From Candidatus Saccharimonadota bacterium (lineage in GTDB: Bacteria > Patescibacteriota > Saccharimonadia > Saccharimonadales > Saccharimonadaceae): 64,000 nt of DNA. Both the position numbers and the translations under genes were made by a program. How positions within the stretch are numbered: the stretch's first letter is position 1; every line of letters starts with the position of its first letter. This document shows, piece by piece, positions 27,840-35,224 of the stretch. The stretch covers positions 64,193 to 128,192 of the forward strand of contig JAUNAL010000001.1 of the NCBI GenBank assembly GCA_030527585.1, read 5' to 3'. The notes below the pieces were generated by a model, which searched no databases, was not told where the DNA came from, and was given only the letters and a program-made list of their open reading frames with translations.

Positions 27840-29474
27840 ATGCCGGAAGAAAATCAAACAAATACTTCTCTCTTAAATGACACACAGGCGCCAAAAGTTC
27901 CTACGGCGACGGATAATGCTGACGCAAAAAATCCAGCCAGCGAGGCTGATATTGCAGCTCCTGTTGAAAAAGATTTAATGTCCGAAGTTGCTGCGAAAAT
28001 TTCCGAAGCGCATAATGTTCTCGTTGCCCTCTCTTCCGACCCGACCGTGGACGAAATTTCTGCCGCGATTGGTCTATCGATGTATCTCGACAAAATGGGG
28101 AAGCGCGCAACCGCAATTTATTCCGGCTCGACGCCGAACGCTCTCGAGTTTTTAAAGCCAGAAGAGACTTTTGATAAGACCGCTGATACTCTCCAAGATT
28201 TCGTGATCGCTTTGAATAAAGAAAAAGCCGACCACCTTCGTTATAAACTTGATGGCGACTATGTCAAAATTTTCATTACCCCTTATCGCTCGCGAATCGG
28301 TGAGGAGGATTTAGCTTTTTCCTATGGCGATTTTAACATTGATCTCGTTCTAGCTTTAGACGTGGCAAATGGTGTTGATCTTGATTCTGCCCTTCGCGAA
28401 CATGGACGAATTATGCATGACGCCGCCGTTATTAATATTACGACTGGCAATCCGGGAAAATTCGGCGAAATTGAGTGGAGCGACAAAAAAGCTAGCTCGG
28501 TTTGTGAAATGATTGCCCATCTTCTTTATGAGGTTGGAGGCAAGTCCAAAATCCAGCCAGAAGAAGCGACTGCCTTCTTGACCGGCATTATTGCCGCGAC
28601 CGATCGTTTCTCGAAAGGGAATACTACTTCAGAAACAATGAAGATTGCCTCGAATTTAATGGAATCTGGCGCCGACCAACAACTAATTGCGAAAAATATT
28701 ACCGCTGACATCAATAATCAATTCTTTGCTTTTTCTGACTCCTCCGAGGAAACAAACGAAGACCCAACCGCATTGAACATTAACCATGCTGAGGAGGGTG
28801 AGATTTCGGAAGAGCCTGATGCTACTCTGGAGCCAGCTGCCCCGTCCGAGCCAGAAATCGAAGAAAAGCCAGAGGAGGATCCTCTACTTGAAGAACTAAA
28901 AGCTACCGAGGCCAGCCTCGCTAACGCTGGCGCCGAGACGACCCCAGAAGTTAAGGAAGAACCTCTCCGTCTTGATACTCTGCCTGCTCTTTCGGCGACA
29001 CCAGAAACCACTTCTCCAGAACTTCCACAAGTTAGTTCTGGAACGGATAATCTTTTGCGACCAGAAAAAGTTATTACTCCACCTGAAGATTTTGCTGCCG
29101 AAACGCTTAGCGAGGGAACTAACAAATACGGCGAGATGCTTGAAGCTGCTCTTGCAGAAGCCAATCCGGCTACTGCGGCCGTGCCAGAGGTTGCGACTTC
29201 ACCAGAAGTTAATGGAGTTCCAGATATTAACTATCTCCCAATGCCAGACGACCAAGTTCTTCCTCCACCACCAACCCCAGCAATTGATTTTAGTACAATC
29301 GTCCCTCCTACGGAGCTTGCCTCTCCTGCGCCAGCTGTTACTCCAGAACCAGCTATCACCGCACCGGAACAACCAACCGCTGCCTCGTCCGAACCAGTTT
29401 TGACCGCTGCTCCTACAGAAGCCCCGGCCCCTCAACCTGTCTCCCCAGACGCCTTTAAGATACCAGGAATGTAA
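27840..29474 (+). CDS. Degenerate DHH-family phosphoesterase-like protein with a Pro/Glu-rich tail
   Basis: ALSSDP.VD..SAAIGL, ASSVCEMI, A.AFLTGIIAATDRF; the DHH motif itself is absent; about 250-aa low-complexity tail. Confidence 0.7.
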   Translation: MPEENQTNTSLLNDTQAPKVPTATDNADAKNPASEADIAAPVEKDLMSEVAAKISEAHNVLVALSSDPTVDEISAAIGLSMYLDKMGKRATAIYSGSTPNALEFLKPEETFDKTADTLQDFVIALNKEKADHLRYKLDGDYVKIFITPYRSRIGEEDLAFSYGDFNIDLVLALDVANGVDLDSALREHGRIMHDAAVINITTGNPGKFGEIEWSDKKASSVCEMIAHLLYEVGGKSKIQPEEATAFLTGIIAATDRFSKGNTTSETMKIASNLMESGADQQLIAKNITADINNQFFAFSDSSEETNEDPTALNINHAEEGEISEEPDATLEPAAPSEPEIEEKPEEDPLLEELKATEASLANAGAETTPEVKEEPLRLDTLPALSATPETTSPELPQVSSGTDNLLRPEKVITPPEDFAAETLSEGTNKYGEMLEAALAEANPATAAVPEVATSPEVNGVPDINYLPMPDDQVLPPPPTPAIDFSTIVPPTELASPAPAVTPEPAITAPEQPTAASSEPVLTAAPTEAPAPQPVSPDAFKIPGM

Positions 29475-29523
29475 TAAGAAACCCTTGATTTTTTAAGCAG
29501 CATGCGTTATAATAGTCCTCAGT

Positions 29524-29600
29524 GGATTCGTAGCTCAGTTGGTTAGAGCGCTGCCCTGTCACGGCAGAGGTCGCGAGTTCGAGTCTCGTCGGATCCGCCA
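29524..29600 (+). tRNA. tRNA-Asp(GTC)
   Basis: GGATTCG...CT-GTC-AC...GTTCGAGT...CGGATCC-G-CCA. Confidence 0.96.
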
Positions 29601-29666
29601 CTTTAAAGACCTAAGAGGTCTTTTTTGTTGCATTTTTTACTCACGTGTGCTATAATACATCCCAAT

Positions 29667-29885
29667 ATGGCTATTAAAGTTACGAGAAAAGATCAGGGCG
29701 AGGCGAACGAAAACATTATCCGCCGCTTCAACCGCAAAGTCCTTCAGAGTGGAATTATGCCTCTTAAGAAGTCGCAGATGCGTTTTAGTAAATCTATTTC
29801 AAAACGCGAACGACGTCTTAAGGCTATTATTCGCGAAGCACGCAAGGCTGAAAAAACTGAGCGTATTAAATTAGGACTTAAATAG
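29667..29885 (+). CDS. rpsU: 30S ribosomal protein S21
   Basis: IKVTRK...ENIIRRFNRKVLQSGI. Confidence 0.85.
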   Translation: MAIKVTRKDQGEANENIIRRFNRKVLQSGIMPLKKSQMRFSKSISKRERRLKAIIREARKAEKTERIKLGLK

Positions 29886-29888
29886 TAG

Positions 29889-29915
29889 AAATCCCCCGAT
29901 GAAGGGGGATTTTTT
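29889..29915 (+). terminator. Rho-independent terminator
   Basis: AAATCCCCC-gatgaa-GGGGGATTTTTT. Confidence 0.8.
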
Positions 29916-29931
29916 ATGCTATAATCAAGTT

Positions 29932-30525
29932 ATGATTATCTTATTTGGTTTAGCAGGTTCAGGGAAAGGCACCCAGAGTAAAGCCCTTTCCGAAATTTTT
30001 GGCTGGCGCGCGCTTTCCGTTGGGCAGGTAATTCGTGACACCGGCGCTTACAATCATATTATCGAAAATGGTAATCTTATCCCAGACGACGAAGTGACAA
30101 GGCTGATGGCTCGTCAAATCGAAAAAGCCGAATCTGAGGGGTTCGATGTAATTTTGGATGGCTATCCTAGGACGGCGGTTCAAGCGGAATGGCTTATGGA
30201 GAATATGGCAGACAAAATTGATGGCGCAATCATTCTCGATGTCCCAAAGGAAGAACTCTACGGCCGTCTAGCTCTCCGTGGTCGTGCCGACGACCAGGAA
30301 AAAGAGTCAATCGACCGTCGCTTCGAAATCTTTGAACAAAATATTTATTCAATTTTACCTCTATTGGAAGCGAAAGATATTCCAGTCGAGCGGATTAATG
30401 GTGTTGGCGAAATCGGGACTATTACAGGGCGGCTTATCGCGACTATCGAAAGATTCAACCCAAATGCCACAAAACAAACCAGTGATGTCAATGGTGGAGA
30501 AATCGAAAAAAGTTACGGGGAATAA
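29932..30525 (+). CDS. adk: Adenylate kinase (short-LID type)
   Basis: GLAGSGKGTQ, G.LIPDD, ILDGYPRT..QA, RGRADD. Confidence 0.88.
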   Translation: MIILFGLAGSGKGTQSKALSEIFGWRALSVGQVIRDTGAYNHIIENGNLIPDDEVTRLMARQIEKAESEGFDVILDGYPRTAVQAEWLMENMADKIDGAIILDVPKEELYGRLALRGRADDQEKESIDRRFEIFEQNIYSILPLLEAKDIPVERINGVGEIGTITGRLIATIERFNPNATKQTSDVNGGEIEKSYGE

Positions 30526-30527
30526 CT

Positions 30528-31304
30528 ATGATCAATATCGGAAATTCTACTCCAGAGAAATTGAATAAAAAAATTACTGCCATGAGAGAAGGCGGTAAAA
30601 TTCTCGGCAATCTCTTAAAGGATCTAAAGGAATATGTGAAGCCGGGCATGACCGGCAAAGAGATTGATGCCTGGGTGCGAAAAGAAATTGAAACACGTGG
30701 CGCAAAAGTCGCCTATGATATGCTGGACGATGAATTTCCGGGTGCAATTTGTATTTCGGTTAATGACGAGCTTGTCCATGGCGCCCCAAAGAACGAACCG
30801 CTAGAAAAAGGTGATAAAGTTTCTTTTGATCTTGATATTTATTATAAAGGTTTCTTCACCGACTCCGCTTTTACCATGTTAGTTGGTGGCGAAGGCTCGC
30901 CTGCTGTGAAAAAAATGATTTCGGTAACTGAATCGGCAATGTGGGAGGGAATTGAACAAGTAAAACCAGGCGCCCATATTGGCGATATCGGTGCTGCTGT
31001 TGAGAAAGTTATGAGAAAAGGTCATCTTGGTGTCATCGAAAATTATATCGGTCATGGAATTGATGAACAGATGCATTCTGCACCCGAAGTACCAAATTAC
31101 GGCAAAAAAGGTCGCGGTTACCAGCTCGTCGAGGGCGATACGATTTGCATCGAGCCGATGTCTTGTCTCGGCAAACCAGCGAACTATGTCGATAAAGACG
31201 ACAACTGGAGCGTTAAAATGAAAGACGGCTCGATCGGCTGTCACTGTGAACACACTGTCCTCGTCACAAAAGACGGCTACGAAGTTTTGACACTCGCTGA
31301 TTAA
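30528..31304 (+). CDS. map: Type I methionine aminopeptidase
   Basis: ICISVNDELVHG, DSAFT, GHGI, ICIEPM, HCEHT. Confidence 0.96.
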   Translation: MINIGNSTPEKLNKKITAMREGGKILGNLLKDLKEYVKPGMTGKEIDAWVRKEIETRGAKVAYDMLDDEFPGAICISVNDELVHGAPKNEPLEKGDKVSFDLDIYYKGFFTDSAFTMLVGGEGSPAVKKMISVTESAMWEGIEQVKPGAHIGDIGAAVEKVMRKGHLGVIENYIGHGIDEQMHSAPEVPNYGKKGRGYQLVEGDTICIEPMSCLGKPANYVDKDDNWSVKMKDGSIGCHCEHTVLVTKDGYEVLTLAD

Positions 31305-31322
31305 TTGTGCTATAATGTGCTT

Positions 31323-32558
31323 ATGGATGAAACGAGCCGTTTTGTAACAGGATTGGACTTGGGTACGGAGAATGTTCGTGCTGTTATTGCGAAAGTAAAC
31401 AAAGATGGCTCACTTGCTGTTGTTGGCTATAACGAAGGTAAAACTACTGGCATGCGAAAAGGTGTCCCGGCTAACTTAGCTGGCCCAGCTGGCTCCGTTG
31501 ACAAAATGCTCGGCGAAGCTGAGCGCATGGGTGGTCTTGAGGTCCGTTCTGCCTACGTTAGTATTAATGGCGCCCAACTTCTCTCGACTAAAACCGAGGG
31601 GATGATTGCCGTTGGAACGGTTGAACATGAAATTAATGATGAAGATTTGGACCGCGTTGAGGATGTTGCTGTAACCGGAAGGATCCCCGCTAATCGTGAC
31701 GTACTCGATGTCGTGCCTCTTGAATATGCTTTGGATGGTCAGGGCGGGATTAAAGATGCTCTTGGTATGTCTGGGGCTCGTTTGGAGATGCGCGCTAATG
31801 TAATTTCTGCTTTAACCCCGAATTGCGATAATCTCAGAAAAGCCATGGAGTCTGCCGACGTTAAAGTCGAAAGACTCGTTCCGAGTGTTGTCGCCGCAGC
31901 TTATGCGGTTCTAACTGAACGTCAAAAGGAAAACGGCGTTGCTGTGATTGATTTTGGCGCTGCTACGACTTCCGTCGCAGTTTTCGAGGAAGGCGACCTT
32001 CAATATATCGGTGTGGTCCCAGCTGGTTCTAATAATATTACAAACGATTTAGCGATTGTTCTCGCTATCGACCCAGAGCTTGCTGAAGAAATTAAAACTA
32101 GATTTGTCACGGGCGATTTTAATACTGAAAAATCTCCTATTATTAAAATAGCAAAAGATGGTAAAGAACGCACTTTTGAACGCAAAGAAGTTGAAGAAGT
32201 GGTTAAGGCTCGTCTCGACGAAATCTTTGGTGAAATCCGCAAGAAACTGAAAACTGCTAAATATGACCAACGTCTACCAGAAGGAGTTGTCATCACTGGT
32301 GGCGGTGCTAGGATGCGAAACCTTGACTTGTTCGCGAAAGACGCTTTGGAGGCCGCGGTTAAAATTGGTATCCCGAAAGGTCTAGGTGGCGTTGCCGACG
32401 CCATTGAAAAGCCAGAATTTGCCACGGCAGTTGGACTAGCCTTATTGGCAGCTAATGAAAGCCCTAATAACGTCGCAGAAAAGAAGAAATCCTCGAAAAA
32501 AACCCCTAAAATTGGCGATGCTTCTGGATTCTTGAAGAAAATCTTTAGTAAATTCTAG
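31323..32558 (+). CDS. ftsA: Cell division protein FtsA
   Basis: GLDLGT, GMRKG, IDFGAATTS, VVITGGGA; upstream of ftsZ. Confidence 0.96.
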   Translation: MDETSRFVTGLDLGTENVRAVIAKVNKDGSLAVVGYNEGKTTGMRKGVPANLAGPAGSVDKMLGEAERMGGLEVRSAYVSINGAQLLSTKTEGMIAVGTVEHEINDEDLDRVEDVAVTGRIPANRDVLDVVPLEYALDGQGGIKDALGMSGARLEMRANVISALTPNCDNLRKAMESADVKVERLVPSVVAAAYAVLTERQKENGVAVIDFGAATTSVAVFEEGDLQYIGVVPAGSNNITNDLAIVLAIDPELAEEIKTRFVTGDFNTEKSPIIKIAKDGKERTFERKEVEEVVKARLDEIFGEIRKKLKTAKYDQRLPEGVVITGGGARMRNLDLFAKDALEAAVKIGIPKGLGGVADAIEKPEFATAVGLALLAANESPNNVAEKKKSSKKTPKIGDASGFLKKIFSKF

Positions 32559-32624
32559 AGAGTGAACCCTTGATTTTTCAGAGTATATGACTTATACTAT
32601 ACTTAAATAAAGCGAGGAAATATT

Positions 32625-33788
32625 ATGCCAGAAATCAAACCGACAGAGGTGGAAAGCAAAGCAAGCATTAAAGTTGTAGGTGTTGGCGGCGCCGGTGGCT
32701 CCGCAGTTGAGCGGATGAAAGAAGTCGGGCTGTCCGGCGTCGAGTTTGTCGCGATTAATACCGATGCCCAGGCCCTACACCATTCCTCTGCTGACACAAA
32801 AGTTCATATTGGTAAGGGTCTTGGTGCTGGTGGCGATCCAGAAAAAGGCCGCGAAGCAGCCGAAGAAGGCAGAGAAACAATCGAAAAAGCTCTCGACGGT
32901 GCGGATATGGTATTTATTACGATTGGTGCTGGTGGTGGTACTGGGTCTGGCGCTGGTCCAATTGTCGCCGAAGAGGCTCGCAAGAAAGATATTTTAACCG
33001 TTGGTGTCGCAACGAAACCATTCACTTTTGAGGGCGCTCGTCGTCGCGCAAACGCTGACCTCGCTATCGATAAACTTTCTCGCCAAGTCGATGCTCTTAT
33101 CACGATCCCTAATGATCGTCTTCTCCAGACTATTGACCCAACAACCCCGCTTCTCGAAACCTTTAAAATTGCCGATGACGTTCTTCGCCAAGGCGTCCAG
33201 GGGATTTCCGAACTTATTACCGAGCACTCATTAATCAACCTCGACTTTGCCGACGTTAAAGCAATTATGAAAAATGCTGGCTCAGCTCTTATGGGCATCG
33301 GTCGTGCTTCCGGCGAAAATCGTGCCGTGATCGCCGCTCAACAAGCTGTCGAATCACCACTTATCGAAGTTAAAATCGAAGGCGCCCGCGGAGTCCTCTT
33401 CTCAGTTGCTGGTGGTTATGATATGTCTATGTCTGAAATTCAAGAAGCTGCTGAAGTCATTACCGGTGCCGTCTCCCCAGATGCGAACATCATCTTCGGT
33501 GCTTCAATCCGCCCAGAGCTCGGCGATGAAATTGTCGTTACAGTCGTTGCAACTGGTTTCGACTCAGAATATTATAATGAACCGATCATTCAAGAAGCCA
33601 CTGAGATAAAAACTGAAGAAAAACCAGCGACCGAAGTGAACGATTTTGCCACTGAAGCAAAGTCGAACATGTGGGATTCCATCAAAAGTGAACCAGTGGT
33701 AGAACAAGCTCCGATTATCTCGGATGACGAAATGGACGTTCCGCCTTCTCTCCGCGAGCGCTTCAAGAACAAGAAGAAAAAAGATTAA
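32625..33788 (+). CDS. ftsZ: Cell division protein FtsZ
   Basis: GVGGAG, NTDAQAL, GGGTGSG, INLDFADV, C-terminal DVPPSLR. Confidence 0.98.
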   Translation: MPEIKPTEVESKASIKVVGVGGAGGSAVERMKEVGLSGVEFVAINTDAQALHHSSADTKVHIGKGLGAGGDPEKGREAAEEGRETIEKALDGADMVFITIGAGGGTGSGAGPIVAEEARKKDILTVGVATKPFTFEGARRRANADLAIDKLSRQVDALITIPNDRLLQTIDPTTPLLETFKIADDVLRQGVQGISELITEHSLINLDFADVKAIMKNAGSALMGIGRASGENRAVIAAQQAVESPLIEVKIEGARGVLFSVAGGYDMSMSEIQEAAEVITGAVSPDANIIFGASIRPELGDEIVVTVVATGFDSEYYNEPIIQEATEIKTEEKPATEVNDFATEAKSNMWDSIKSEPVVEQAPIISDDEMDVPPSLRERFKNKKKKD

Positions 33789-33803
33789 AGAAAGGCCTAG
33801 GCT

Positions 33804-34253
33804 ATGGAACAGAAATTTCGTATTGGAGATAGCAAAGTTCTAGAAAGCCGCGAAACGTTAGACGGCGCAATGATTCGTCGTCGTCGGGAGACTAAAGACG
33901 GCCGCCGTTTTACTACCTATGAGCGAATCGAAATGCCACCTTTAACCGTTAATAAACGTAGTGGTAATAAAGAAATTTTCGATCGCGATAAATTACTCCT
34001 TGCTGTTAAACGTAGCGTCGGTAAATTCTTTAATTCTGAACTCGAGATCGAGGCCGTCGTTAGTCGCGCCGCCGATATCCTTTACGGCTATGGAACTGAT
34101 GAAATTAGTAGTTGCCAAATTGGCGAAGCGGTCCTTGATGTCCTTGCTGAGGTTAATGAAGTTGCCTATGTCCGCTTCGCTTCGGTTTTTCGCGAATTCA
34201 AGACCCTCGAGGACTTTGAAAACATCTTAAAAGAGCAAAAGAAAAAGAAATAA
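33804..34253 (+). CDS. nrdR: Transcriptional repressor NrdR, Cys-less variant
   Basis: IRRRRE...RFTTYE, ATP cone, EVAYVRFASVFREF. Confidence 0.92.
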   Translation: MEQKFRIGDSKVLESRETLDGAMIRRRRETKDGRRFTTYERIEMPPLTVNKRSGNKEIFDRDKLLLAVKRSVGKFFNSELEIEAVVSRAADILYGYGTDEISSCQIGEAVLDVLAEVNEVAYVRFASVFREFKTLEDFENILKEQKKKK

Positions 34254-34282
34254 CAGTATATAATATATACGGGAAGGGAACC

Positions 34283-34540
34283 ATGCGCGTAATCTGCATT
34301 TATCGAGATCGCGAAGACTATACAAGAACGGTTGCTGAGTGGCTAGAGAATTTCTATCGCCAAACTGGACATAAAATCGAAGAAATGAACCCAGACCTTT
34401 CGCCTGGTTTTTGCGAAACTTATGATATCGTCGAATACCCAACTCTTATCGCTCTCGGTAATTCCGGCGAGGTACTCGCACTCTGGCGGGGAAGAAACCT
34501 CCCGCTCTTCAGCGAAGTCGCCTACTACGCTTCAAAATAA
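34283..34540 (+). CDS. Small thioredoxin/glutaredoxin-like fold protein (no CxxC)
   Basis: YDIVEYPTLIAL...W.G..LP pattern. Confidence 0.55.
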   Translation: MRVICIYRDREDYTRTVAEWLENFYRQTGHKIEEMNPDLSPGFCETYDIVEYPTLIALGNSGEVLALWRGRNLPLFSEVAYYASK

Positions 34541-34657
34541 AGCCTAAGCGAAATAATTTTAGACCCTAGGGGTTGTAGGATTTTTTTGTTCGTGCTATAG
34601 AATAGGCAGCCTGGGGAGGCGTATAGATTAACAATTTAGCTGGCAGAAAGGAGGAAA

Positions 34658-34732
34658 GTGACTTTCACCATAAAGTCGCTACGAATTGTCGTTAAGATAA
34701 AAATTTCTTTCGTCAAGCGACGAAAGAAATAA
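34658..34732 (+). CDS. 24-aa peptide MTFTIKSLRIVVKIKISFVKRRKK, candidate type I toxin
   Basis: SD AAAGGAGG with only a 3-nt spacer to GTG; alternating hydrophobic residues and a basic tail. Confidence 0.5.
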   Translation: MTFTIKSLRIVVKIKISFVKRRKK

Positions 34733-34747
34733 ACAAACCTTAATTCT

Positions 34748-34775
34748 ATATTAGCAAAGTAAACTAAAAAGTCAA
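34748..34775 (-). promoter_or_regulatory. Antisense promoter (candidate antitoxin RNA)
   Basis: Minus strand TTGACT-N16-TAATAT with an extended TG, pointing into the small ORF. Confidence 0.55.
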
Positions 34776-34964
34776 GCACTTGAAGGATGCTTGCATTCCC
34801 CAGGTCGAGCCAGCCCGGGCGATGCCGCAGTTGCTCGGGTAAATGACTGGCTCTAAGGGTTTGATCTTATTTTCTCCAGATCGTCACAAACGCAACCGTG
34901 TGAGGTCGCTGGTGGCGAGAATCTGCCAGCCAAGTTGGTCTCCTTAACCTCCTACCTTAATATG

Positions 34965-35004
34965 CTAAAACTCCGTCTCGCCTAGGACGGAGTTTTAGTT
35001 TTTT
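34965..35004 (+). terminator. Rho-independent terminator
   Basis: CTAAAACTCCGTC-loop-GACGGAGTTTTAG-TTTTTT. Confidence 0.85.
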
Positions 35005-35040
35005 GCTATTGCTTTTTTCTAGACTATGATATAATAATAA

Positions 35041-35190
35041 TGCAACAATTAAATATATGTGTTATCGCGACCGATTTTTTATCGGATGACCGAGTACGAC
35101 ATTAGCTATGGCATCATGAGGAAGTCAAAATGTTGTGCCGGTCACGCCGATACATATATTTGATTGTTGCACCCTCGTGGTGCCATTTTT
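35041..35190 (+). ncRNA. Structured 5' leader RNA with a predicted pseudoknot
   Basis: Long stem 35041-35171 with G-U pairs; loop 35108-35121 pairs over 14 bp with 35173-35186; begins about 6 nt after TGATATAAT. Confidence 0.65.
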
Positions 35191-35224
35191 GTAACTGGCC
35201 CTCGAGATAATAAAGAGAGGTAAA

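Larger units (their letters stand above)
34605..35004 (+). ncRNA. Highly structured transcript of about 400 nt; probable type I toxin mRNA
   Basis: Promoter-like sequence at 34573-34603; long-range helices 34610-17/34797-804 and 34639-47/34922-30; several anti-SD tracts; terminator at 34965-35004. Confidence 0.6.

Noticed and set aside
34534-34556. Possible fifth copy of the structured repeat (AAAATAAAGCCTAAGCGAAA)
   Set aside because: Only about 11 nt match and no downstream GTTTCGC/TGG partner is present; at most a remnant
34605-34960. RNase P RNA, tmRNA or 6S RNA
   Set aside because: GAGGAAAGT is not followed by the RNase P CC..GC context and no 3' ACAGAA..CGGC was found. There are no tRNA-like ends for tmRNA. 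The closing helix 34610/34804 has a 6S-like span, but the interior is several local hairpins plus an SD-led ORF. An Rfam scan is still needed to exclude 6S formally.
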